Below are positions 38,820-47,528 of a DNA stretch of 62,358 bases, piece by piece. The position numbers and the translations under genes are program-made. The notes under the pieces were generated by a model, which did not search any database, was not told the DNA's origin, and worked only from the letters and a program-made list of their open reading frames with translations. Position 1 is the stretch's first letter, and each line of letters opens with the position of its first letter. The DNA comes from an uncultured Bacteroidales bacterium. Lineage in GTDB: Bacteria; Bacteroidota; Bacteroidia; Bacteroidales; ML635J-15. The stretch lies in NCBI GenBank assembly GCA_964448235.1, contig CAYUWD010000001.1, forward strand, positions 1 to 62,358, read 5' to 3'.

Positions 38820-39046
38820 CTTAGTACATGACAAAAATTTTTATTCGCAAGCTCATGAGCTCGTTGTCATAATCTTTGCATACCACCATACCTCAGTTTT
38901 AGCAAAGATATACGCCAAAAATCAATTTCCAAATATTTGTATTCCCCGGACTTAGTCCGAGGTTACAAATATTAAGCCCCTACAGGGCTTTGTATGATTT
39001 TCAAACCTAAATAAATTGAAAAATTCAATTTTTGTCATGTACTGAA
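38820..39046. mobile_element. MITE-like element with terminal inverted repeats enclosing REP-like copy 2
   Basis: Perfect 17-bp IR AGTACATGACAAAAATT (38823-38839 / 39027-39043), extendable to 18/20; possible 9-bp TSD AATAAATTT/AATAAAATT. Confidence 0.65.
38864..38991. repeat. Three-hairpin REP-like dispersed element, copy 2
   Basis: Shares TTGTCATAATCTTTGC, AGCAAAGATATACGCCAAAAA, CCCCGGAC..GTCCG and CCCCTAC with 17792-17908. Confidence 0.8.
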
Positions 39047-39091
39047 AATAAAATTATAAAAGTGGATACAAATAATACTGAATGAAAATAT

Positions 39092-40150
39092 TTACTTCCT
39101 TGAATACATATGTACATCTCTTTGTGGAAAAGGAATTGTAACATTATTCTCTCGAAAAAGTTTATCTATTTCGAAACGAAGGTCGCTTTTGATTTTTTCA
39201 ATCCTAAAATTATCTTCTGAATAGAACATTAATCGAAAATCCAAAGATGAATCACCAAAATCAATAAAATACACCGTCGGTAATGGTTTTCGTGCAACTA
39301 GCTTATGATCATTTGCTGCTTTTATTAGTAAATTCTCAACTAATCTAACATCACTTCCATACGCTACTCCAACAACAATATCAAAACGACTCATAGTACT
39401 GTTGTGCGTCCAGTTAGTGATATTTTCACCTGTAAACTTGCTGTTCGGAATAATAACTTCAACATCATCCCTTGTAATTACAACTGAAGTCCGCAAATTT
39501 ATCTTTATAACACGACCAACTAATTCATCCTCAATTTCAACAACATCGCCAATTTTAATTGACCTATCAAACAAAATAATAAAGCCTGAAATTAAATCAT
39601 TAAAAATATGCTGTATACCTAGCCCTAAACCAACGAGCAAGGCAGATAAACTAGCAATAACAATGGTAATATTAAAACCAAGAGACTCAATAAAAAGGGT
39701 TATCGCAATTACATAAATAAAATACTTTATGATTAGATAAATACTACGGGATTTCCCCTTTTCGAGTTGTGAAGATTCCGGTTTGCGGTTTACATAGGCT
39801 TCAAGAATATATATCAAAACTTTTGTTCCGGCAATAATGAGATAAAAAACAAAAATATGATAAACAAAAATATTAATCTTCGGACTGGTAATTATTGTCT
39901 TATGAAGGAAGCCTTTAAAGTCAAGACCTAAGGCTTCAAGACAAGCATATAAGCTAAAAAAGCTAAAAATAATATAAATAAAATTTAATATTGCCTTACT
40001 GTTTCTTACCCCTAGTATATTCCTTATTCTTTTACGACGTAAGAAAGTCCTAAAAAACAGAATGATAATAAACCCGGCAAATAATGACACAAATGCCAAG
40101 ACTATCTGATTAACAGTTAATGAGAATTTTGCCGTTTCTATTAAGACCAT
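39092..40150 (-). CDS. MscS-family mechanosensitive channel
   Basis: VGLGLGIQHIFNDLISG..IKIGD...IPNSKF...VGVAYGSD..DFGDSSL..IPFPQR. Confidence 0.93.
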   Translation of the reverse strand: MVLIETAKFSLTVNQIVLAFVSLFAGFIIILFFRTFLRRKRIRNILGVRNSKAILNFIYIIFSFFSLYACLEALGLDFKGFLHKTIITSPKINIFVYHIFVFYLIIAGTKVLIYILEAYVNRKPESSQLEKGKSRSIYLIIKYFIYVIAITLFIESLGFNITIVIASLSALLVGLGLGIQHIFNDLISGFIILFDRSIKIGDVVEIEDELVGRVIKINLRTSVVITRDDVEVIIPNSKFTGENITNWTHNSTMSRFDIVVGVAYGSDVRLVENLLIKAANDHKLVARKPLPTVYFIDFGDSSLDFRLMFYSEDNFRIEKIKSDLRFEIDKLFRENNVTIPFPQRDVHMYSRK

Positions 40151-40225
40151 TTAAACTTTGTTTAAAATGTAAAAGTAAGGAAATTTAAGTAAAATTTAAT
40201 AATTTAGTCAAAATAATTGCTTATT

Positions 40226-40915
40226 ATGAAAAAACTAATCGTCCTATCCGGTGCAGGTATAAGTAAAGAAAGTGGAATACCTACTTTTCGTGACAATGAT
40301 GGTTTATGGAAATCATATCGATTCGAAGAAGTCGCTTCACCGATAGCCTGGAGACGTGATCCTGAACTAGTTTTGGACTTTTATAATTTTCGTAGGAAAG
40401 CTGTTGTAGAAGCACAACCAAACAAAGCACATAAATTGCTAGCAGAATTGCAAAAACATTTTGATGTAAAAATAATTACTCAAAATGTTGATGACTTACA
40501 TGAGAGAGCTGGTTCAAAAGAGATTTTACACTTACATGGCGAAATCCGTAAAGCCAGAAGTACTGTTGACGAATCGATAATTACAGATATCGAAGGTGCT
40601 GACCTAAATATGGGAGATCTTTGTCCTAAAGGCTCACAATTACGCCCTCATATTGTTTGGTTTGGTGAAGCAGTTCCAAACATTCCGAAAGCAATAGATC
40701 TGGTTCAGACAGCAGATATTTTTCTTGTAATTGGTACAGGTTTACAGGTTTATCCTGCTGCAGGATTAGTTGGTTATATACCTCAAAATGCTGAAAAATT
40801 CCTTATTGACCCGGGAGACAATTTTAGCCTGAGAGGTTTTACTCATATTAAAGAAAATGCTATAAAGGGAATGGAGGAATTTTCGGAGAAAATTCAAATG
40901 ACAAAATTCAAATGA
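40226..40915 (+). CDS. cobB: NAD-dependent protein deacylase (class III sirtuin)
   Basis: GAGISKESGIPTFR, FYNFRR, TQNVDDLHERAG, HLHG, RPHIVWFGE; ATG 40226. Confidence 0.93.
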   Translation: MKKLIVLSGAGISKESGIPTFRDNDGLWKSYRFEEVASPIAWRRDPELVLDFYNFRRKAVVEAQPNKAHKLLAELQKHFDVKIITQNVDDLHERAGSKEILHLHGEIRKARSTVDESIITDIEGADLNMGDLCPKGSQLRPHIVWFGEAVPNIPKAIDLVQTADIFLVIGTGLQVYPAAGLVGYIPQNAEKFLIDPGDNFSLRGFTHIKENAIKGMEEFSEKIQMTKFK

Positions 40916-41016
40916 CAAAATCCAAATAACAAGATTCAAATAACAAAATTCAAATGACAAAATTCTAAATCCTAATTTCTAAATCTAATTTCATAATCCT
41001 AATTTCTTAAATCTAA
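40891..41016 (+). repeat. Heptamer-based (14-bp unit) tandem repeat array overlapping the cobB stop codon
   Basis: AATTCAAATGACAA-like x5 (40891-40960), then four degenerate TTCTAAATCCTAA-like units. Confidence 0.85.
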
Positions 41017-41070
41017 AATCTATATCCTATACTATATGTTCCAAAATAAATTTATAAACTCAAAACAACT

Positions 41071-42699
41071 CTACTTAACCTTCTCCCCACCTATCCAGAC
41101 TTCAAGAACTTTTGCATCCAGAATTTCTTCCTTTTTGCATGTCATAATATCTTTGTCCAAAATAACAAAATCAGCAAACATTCCCTCCTTAATTTTGCCC
41201 TTTACATTTTCATCAAAACTTGCCATTGCAGGCCAAAAAGTAATTGATTTTAAAGCTTCTTGTCTTGTAAAACATTGTGAATTTAAAAATCCTCCTTCAG
41301 GATAATATTTTTTATCCTGACGAAAGATTGCTGCATAAAATGTTTCAATTGGAGAAATATCTTCAACAGGGAAATCAGTACCATTTGGAAGCCACCCATT
41401 TTGATATAAAAGCCTTCGTGTCTGATATGCATCATTAATACGCACAGAACCTAACCTCTCTTCTGCCCAATACATATCGCTTGTTGCATGTGTTGATTGA
41501 ATTGATGGAATTATCGAATATTTACCAAATTTATCGATATCATTTTCATTAACTACCTGAGCATGTTCAATTCTCCAACGTCTGTCATTTTCTCCTTTCA
41601 AAAACTCAGAATAAATATCCAGTATCAATCTATTTGCGCTATCTCCAATACAATGTGTGCAAACTTGTAAATTATGATTATAAGCATATCGACAAACCTC
41701 TTTGTAATATTTAATATCATTGATAATAAAACCTTTATTTTGGGGATCATCTGAGTAATTCTCTATTAAACAAGCTCCACGACTACCAAGTGCCCCATCA
41801 GAAAAAAGTTTTATTGATGAAATTTTCAATCTTTCTGTTTCTTCAAATTCATTTTCAAAATACTCAAAATTTTCTTTAGAAGCACTTATCATTACATTGA
41901 TTCTTATTTTTAGATCACCAGTTTTTTGCAAAGAATCAATCAAAACAATCTGATTCTTATCTAAACCAGCATCTGTAAGTGATGTAAGACCATATTTAAA
42001 ACATGAATCCTGAGCAATTAAAAGTGCATCTATAATTTGTTGCTGATTAGGTTTTGGAATTAACGACCTTATAATACTCATTGCATTGTCGATTAATAAG
42101 CCTGTATATTTCCCGTCCTTTACTCTAATTTCTCCACCATCAACTTTTGTTTCAGTATTTATCTCTGCAATTTCAAAAGCTTTTTTATTAGTCAATGCTG
42201 CATGTCCATCTATACGAACTAAATAAACAGGTTTATCAGGAAAAGCATTATTCAATTTATTCCAATCAGGCATTTCTTTTTGCTCCCAGTCATTCTGATC
42301 CCATCCACGTCCGCACAGAAAATCCGGATTATACTTTTCATTGTACTCAATCAATCTGTCAATAACATCATCAAAAGATTGAGTTTCTTTAAGATTACAA
42401 TACTGCGCTAAATTTGTAGCGTAAGCATAAAAATGACAATGAGCATCGTTAAAGCCAGGAAATACATACCCTCCATTAAGATCAACCACATCTACATTTT
42501 TATATTCTTTTTGTATTTTATTCTGAGTTCCTATAGCGACAATTTTCCCATTTTCAACAGCAAAGCAACTTCCCTGCAATTCACTAGAACAATAATTTAC
42601 AACATTTGAATTTATAAATATTGTTGTATTATTATCTCTAGAAACGTTCATACACGAACTGAATAAACATAAGCTAAAAAATATCAGGATTTTTTGCAT
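41071..42699 (-). CDS. Amidohydrolase-3 family (YtcJ-like) lipoprotein
   Basis: Lipobox SSC; PGFNDAHCH, RIDGH, KLFSDGALGSRGA, HCIGD, RIEHAQ, GTDFPVE. Confidence 0.92.
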   Translation of the reverse strand: MQKILIFFSLCLFSSCMNVSRDNNTTIFINSNVVNYCSSELQGSCFAVENGKIVAIGTQNKIQKEYKNVDVVDLNGGYVFPGFNDAHCHFYAYATNLAQYCNLKETQSFDDVIDRLIEYNEKYNPDFLCGRGWDQNDWEQKEMPDWNKLNNAFPDKPVYLVRIDGHAALTNKKAFEIAEINTETKVDGGEIRVKDGKYTGLLIDNAMSIIRSLIPKPNQQQIIDALLIAQDSCFKYGLTSLTDAGLDKNQIVLIDSLQKTGDLKIRINVMISASKENFEYFENEFEETERLKISSIKLFSDGALGSRGACLIENYSDDPQNKGFIINDIKYYKEVCRYAYNHNLQVCTHCIGDSANRLILDIYSEFLKGENDRRWRIEHAQVVNENDIDKFGKYSIIPSIQSTHATSDMYWAEERLGSVRINDAYQTRRLLYQNGWLPNGTDFPVEDISPIETFYAAIFRQDKKYYPEGGFLNSQCFTRQEALKSITFWPAMASFDENVKGKIKEGMFADFVILDKDIMTCKKEEILDAKVLEVWIGGEKVK

Positions 42700-42778
42700 A
42701 ATTTTTATTAACTTTATAGCACAAAAATAATACTATTTGGCTTGTTTTTTGTATATTTTATAACAAAACTTCAATAAT

Positions 42779-44635
42779 TTGAAACGCATTTACTCTAACA
42801 TATTTTTAAGTATTTTTTTGTTTTTCTCAATAAGTGGATTTACTCAAAATTTTAAAGTTATTTCTTTTGAAGAAGATATCAGTGATCTATCTGCCGTTAG
42901 TTATGCAAGAACTGACGTCAACGATGACAAATGTGCAATAATCAAAGTATACACAAATCTTGACAATCTTTTTTTTGAAACACGATTAGGAATTGAAGGA
43001 GATATTGTAAAAAAAACCGGAGAATATTGGATTTATGTTTCTCCAAAAGAAAAACAATTAAAGATTATTAAAGAATCATATATTCCTTTAGAGTTTGCTA
43101 TCCCAACATTAATAAAACCATCACAAGTATACAAACTTACATTAACCGGCATTGGAAATACTAAAGACAACAATATTTCTTCTGAAAAACTTACCGAATT
43201 TGTAGTTTTTGAAACCGAACCTACTGGAGCACAAATATTCATAAATGAGCACTTAAAAGGTGTCACTCCAATCACCATTCCATTGATAGAAGGTCAATAT
43301 AATTGCAAGATTGAAATGCCTTTTTATAAAACAGAAGAATTTGAATTTAATGTAAAAGCTTCAAATACAATTAGAATTACAAAAACTTTATCAGAATTAG
43401 ATATCTATGGAAATATAGATATTAGCACAGATGAATTTGCTGATATATATATAGATAATAATAAAGTCAGCTCAAATAAATATACTGGTCGTTTAATAGA
43501 AGGTCTACATGTAATAAAGATTAAAGCAGAAAATTATAAAACATATAAAAAAGAGCTTTTAGTTATTGCAAATAAAAATTATACTATTGTGCAAAACCTA
43601 GATCCTAAACTTAGCGTAATATCAGTACAATCCAATCCAATGGGTGCTTCAATATTTATTGATAATAATTTTATGGGAACAACTCCTAAGTTTATTCGAG
43701 ATATTAAGAGTGGAGAGCATACAATAAGCATCGAAAAGGAAGGCTACTCTTCAATAAAAGATAGCATCTATATTCCTTATGATCAGACAAAAGAATTTAT
43801 TTATCCTTTATCTCTAGCAACAACATTAAATATTGAAACCACCCCCTCTGGTGCTGATACTTATTTAAACAACATTTTAATTGGACAAACTCCTATTCAG
43901 TTAAAACTTGATAAATCATTAAACAATAAGATTAAACTTGTAAAAGATGGTTACCATACAATATATGATGAAATTCCACCAAACTCAAATTTAAAACGCA
44001 AGATATACCATTTTGAAAAACACAGTTTGTCAAACAACACTATGACAACGTTACACAGAAATGAGCAACCTACAGTATCTAATAAAAGGAATTTTCGTGA
44101 AAAACGAACTATTATTGGATGGTCTATTTCTGGATTATCATCAAGACCTGGAGGAATTGCCAGTAGCTTATATCTAAATTTGGGAAATATCTCTCAATAT
44201 GGAATTTTTATAGATGGTGGTTATCAATTTAATAATTACAGCAATACATATATAGATGGAATCGTTAATTTCCCAAGATATAGCTTTGGTTTATCTTATA
44301 ACCTATGGCTTGCTGACTTTTCTGTTATTGAAGCATATGCTTCTTATGGGAAAGAGTATGCTTCTGGATTAAACTGGAAAGATTTCAATATATGGGATTA
44401 TGCCCCTGAAAATGTGCATACAAATTTCATTCGGATGGGTTTACGTGTAGGAGTGCGTTTATCTCCTCATGCCGAACTATTTGGAGCATATAATTTTAAT
44501 TTTACAGATGGACCTGCAATTGACATGTATGGAAATCAGGTAGAAATAAACGGAACAAAATATGAATATCAAACAATATTTCCTGACCGCAACACAGAAA
44601 ATTGGGAAGTCGGACTCAGATTCGTAATCTATTAA
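42779..44635 (+). CDS. PEGA-repeat protein with a probable beta-barrel-like C-terminus
   Basis: TTG start; repeats of ETEPTGAQIFIN..GVTP / SNPMGASIFID..GTTP / TTPSGADTYLN..GQTP; ends VGLRFVIY. Confidence 0.85.
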   Translation: MKRIYSNIFLSIFLFFSISGFTQNFKVISFEEDISDLSAVSYARTDVNDDKCAIIKVYTNLDNLFFETRLGIEGDIVKKTGEYWIYVSPKEKQLKIIKESYIPLEFAIPTLIKPSQVYKLTLTGIGNTKDNNISSEKLTEFVVFETEPTGAQIFINEHLKGVTPITIPLIEGQYNCKIEMPFYKTEEFEFNVKASNTIRITKTLSELDIYGNIDISTDEFADIYIDNNKVSSNKYTGRLIEGLHVIKIKAENYKTYKKELLVIANKNYTIVQNLDPKLSVISVQSNPMGASIFIDNNFMGTTPKFIRDIKSGEHTISIEKEGYSSIKDSIYIPYDQTKEFIYPLSLATTLNIETTPSGADTYLNNILIGQTPIQLKLDKSLNNKIKLVKDGYHTIYDEIPPNSNLKRKIYHFEKHSLSNNTMTTLHRNEQPTVSNKRNFREKRTIIGWSISGLSSRPGGIASSLYLNLGNISQYGIFIDGGYQFNNYSNTYIDGIVNFPRYSFGLSYNLWLADFSVIEAYASYGKEYASGLNWKDFNIWDYAPENVHTNFIRMGLRVGVRLSPHAELFGAYNFNFTDGPAIDMYGNQVEINGTKYEYQTIFPDRNTENWEVGLRFVIY

Positions 44636-44673
44636 TTTATTATAAAATAATAACAAATAACACTAATTTCAAA

Positions 44674-45798
44674 TCATAAAACAAATTCCAACACAGAGTC
44701 TGTAATATATTTAAGTATATTCTGACTTAATTCAGTATTCATTGGAAGTGAAAGAACAGTTTTACAAAGTTCGTCAGTAACAGGATAATCATTCTCATTA
44801 TAATCATATCCCTGAAAAGCTTTTTGATTATGTAAGGCAACAGGATAATATACAGCAGAGGCCACTCCTTTCGACTTAAGATGTGCTTGCAAGCCTTCTC
44901 TGTCAACATCCTTAAGTATTAATGTATACTGATGAAAAGTATGTGTTGACTTTTTAAATCTCTTTGGTGTAACAATCTTTTCACATTCACAAAATGCCCT
45001 GTCATAATAATCTGCTGCTGCTCGTCTTGCTGCATTATATTCATCTAAATGCGGGAGTTTAACTCTTAAAACTGCTGCTTGAATTGTGTCAAGACGTGAA
45101 TTAACACCTATTCTATCGTGATAGTAACGCACCTTCATACCATGATTTACAATAGACTCAATTTTTTTTGCAATATTATCATCATTTGTAAATAATGCGC
45201 CTCCATCACCATAACATCCCAGGTTTTTCGATGGGAAAAATGATGTACAACCAATGTGCCCAATTGTTCCGGCTTTCTTTGTCCAGCCTTTTTCAGAACT
45301 AAAATCACTACCAATAGCTTGTGCTGTATCCTCGATAACATATAGATTATGCTTATCGGCAATTTCCATTATTCTATCCATATCAGCACATTGTCCAAAA
45401 AGATGAACAGGAATTATCGCTTTTGTTTTGGATGTAATAGCGTTTTCAATAGCTTCCGGTGATATTATATATGTTTCAGGATCTACATCAACCATTATGG
45501 GTGTAAGTTTTAACAACGCTATAGTTTCTACAGTCGCAATAAAAGTAAAATCAGACGAAATTACTTCATCACCGGGTTGAAGACCAAGAGCCATCATCGC
45601 AATTTGTAATGCATCAGTCCCATTGCCACAAGTTATAACATGTTTTGCATTCAAATAATTCTCTATTTCTTTACGTAATTCTTTAACATCTTCACCATTG
45701 ATAAATGACGTATTTTTTATTACATTTTGAATTTTATTGTCAACCTCAGTTTCAATTTTTTTGTACTGAGATTTTAAATCGACCATTGGTATATTCAT
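44674..45798 (-). CDS. DegT/DnrJ/EryC1/StrS-family sugar aminotransferase
   Basis: NGTDAL, PVHLFGQ, EDTAQ, SFFPSKNLGCYGDGG, NSRLD. Confidence 0.95.
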   Translation of the reverse strand: MNIPMVDLKSQYKKIETEVDNKIQNVIKNTSFINGEDVKELRKEIENYLNAKHVITCGNGTDALQIAMMALGLQPGDEVISSDFTFIATVETIALLKLTPIMVDVDPETYIISPEAIENAITSKTKAIIPVHLFGQCADMDRIMEIADKHNLYVIEDTAQAIGSDFSSEKGWTKKAGTIGHIGCTSFFPSKNLGCYGDGGALFTNDDNIAKKIESIVNHGMKVRYYHDRIGVNSRLDTIQAAVLRVKLPHLDEYNAARRAAADYYDRAFCECEKIVTPKRFKKSTHTFHQYTLILKDVDREGLQAHLKSKGVASAVYYPVALHNQKAFQGYDYNENDYPVTDELCKTVLSLPMNTELSQNILKYITDSVLEFVL

Positions 45799-45969
45799 AA
45801 TATTGCATTTTTTAACAAAAATAATATTTCTTTTATTATACTTTCTAAATTAGAGCTACTAACAAAAATTTATTGTAAAATATTATTATATCTCATTTTC
45901 ACAAACCTACAATTTCTCAATTCACATCTCCCTATATATCAACACTATATGCATTTTACACAATCACGT

Positions 45970-45987
45970 ATATGTTCTTTAACATAT
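45970..45987. promoter_or_regulatory. Cur/BT4338 (Crp-family)-like palindromic site
   Basis: aTATGTT-CTTT-AACATAt, compared with the recalled consensus TATGTTnTAnAACATA. Confidence 0.55.
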
Positions 45988-46029
45988 TTTTCAAAGACTA
46001 AAGGACTATTTAAAATTGCATTAAACTAT

Positions 46030-46037
46030 TATCTTTG
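46030..46037 (+). promoter_or_regulatory. -7 promoter box (TATCTTTG)
   Basis: TAnnTTTG match 50 bp upstream of ATG 46088. Confidence 0.6.
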
Positions 46038-46087
46038 AGCAATTGTAAATTTATGTTAAACCTTAAATATTTCTAAATTATTTAGTT

Positions 46088-47425
46088 ATGGCAAGAAAAA
46101 ATGTTCTTATCATCGGAGCTGCTGGAAGAGATTTCCACAACTTCAACACTTATTACAGAGGTAAAGAGGAATATAATGTTGTAGCTTTTACAGCTGCTCA
46201 AATTCCTGATATTGACGGAAGAAAATATCCTACAGAATTAGCTGGGGAACTTTATCCAGAAGGAATTCCTATTTATGCTCAAGACGATTTACCAAAATTA
46301 ATTGAAGATCTTAAAGTAGAAGATTGTGTATTCTCATATAGTGATGTTCCTTATGAAAGAGTAATGAATATTTCTGCATTAGTAAATGCATGTGGTGCAA
46401 ACTTTGTTTTATTAGGCCCAGAAAAAACACAAGTAAAATCGACTAAACCACTTATAGCAGTTGGTGCAGTACGTACAGGATGTGGAAAATCACAAACATC
46501 AAGAAGAATTATTGAATTATTAATGGAAGCTGGTCTTAAAGTTGTTGCTATTCGTCACCCAATGCCTTATGGTGATTTAGTTGCTCAAAAAGTTCAACGT
46601 TTTGCTACAGTTGAAGATTTAGCTAAACACAAATGTACTATTGAAGAAATGGAAGAATACGAACCACATGTAGTTCGTGGGAACGTAATTTATGCAGGTG
46701 TTGATTATGAAGCTATCGTTAGAGCTGCTGAAAATGATCCAGATGGATGTGATGTTATTCTTTGGGATGGTGGAAACAATGACTTTTCATTTTATAAACC
46801 AGATATGATGATTACAGTAGTTGACCCACACAGACCAGGTCACGAATTATCATACTACCCTGGTGAGGCTACTCTAAGATTAGCTGACGTTGTTGTTATC
46901 AACAAAATGGACTCTGCAGGACCAGAAGCTATTCAAATTGTTAGAGATAACATTGAGAAGGTTAATCCTAATGCTAAAGTTGTTGATGGAGCTTCTCCAC
47001 TTTCAATTGACAAGCCTGAACTTATCAGAGGTAAGAGAGTATTAGTAGTAGAAGACGGACCAACTCTTACTCACGGAGAGATGAAAATTGGTGCTGGTAC
47101 AGTTGCTGCTATGAAATGCGGTGCTGCAGAACTAGTTGATCCAAGAGAATATGCAGTTGGTAAATTAGCTGAGACTTTCAAAATTTACCCAAATATCGGA
47201 ACACTTCTTCCAGCTATGGGATATGGTGATCAACAAGTTAAAGACCTTGAAGCTACAATCGCAGCAACTCCATGTGATGCTGTAGTTATTGCTACTCCTA
47301 TTGATCTTAATAGAATCGTCAAAATCGACAAACCAAATGTAAAAGTTGGATACGATCTCCAAGAAATTGGAACTCCAAGCTTGAAAGTTTTCACTGACGA
47401 GTTTATTGCTAAGTTTGTAAAGTAA
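46088..47425 (+). CDS. Cyclic 2,3-diphosphoglycerate synthetase-like P-loop GTPase (COG2403-like)
   Basis: GAAGRDFHNFN, AVRTGCGKSQTSR P-loop, IRHPMPYG, WDGGNND, VVEDGPTLTHG. Confidence 0.85.
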   Translation: MARKNVLIIGAAGRDFHNFNTYYRGKEEYNVVAFTAAQIPDIDGRKYPTELAGELYPEGIPIYAQDDLPKLIEDLKVEDCVFSYSDVPYERVMNISALVNACGANFVLLGPEKTQVKSTKPLIAVGAVRTGCGKSQTSRRIIELLMEAGLKVVAIRHPMPYGDLVAQKVQRFATVEDLAKHKCTIEEMEEYEPHVVRGNVIYAGVDYEAIVRAAENDPDGCDVILWDGGNNDFSFYKPDMMITVVDPHRPGHELSYYPGEATLRLADVVVINKMDSAGPEAIQIVRDNIEKVNPNAKVVDGASPLSIDKPELIRGKRVLVVEDGPTLTHGEMKIGAGTVAAMKCGAAELVDPREYAVGKLAETFKIYPNIGTLLPAMGYGDQQVKDLEATIAATPCDAVVIATPIDLNRIVKIDKPNVKVGYDLQEIGTPSLKVFTDEFIAKFVK

Positions 47426-47447
47426 TCCTTTATAAATAATATATTTT

Positions 47448-47476
47448 GAGCCCCCAATTTAGGGGGCTCTTTTTTT
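47448..47476 (+). terminator. Intrinsic terminator
   Basis: GAGCCCCC-AATTTA-GGGGGCTC followed by T7. Confidence 0.9.
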
Positions 47477-47506
47477 GCAATATGTTTCTTATTTATTGTA
47501 TATTTG
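47474..47506 (+). promoter_or_regulatory. lepA promoter (-33 TTTG, 21-bp spacer, -7 TATATTTG)
   Basis: Full Bacteroidota consensus; the -33 box overlaps the upstream terminator T-tract. Confidence 0.7.
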
Positions 47507-47528
47507 CCGACTATTATAATTATAATAA

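Noticed and set aside
40891-41016. CRISPR array
   Set aside because: Contiguous 13-15-bp units with no unique spacers, and no cas genes.
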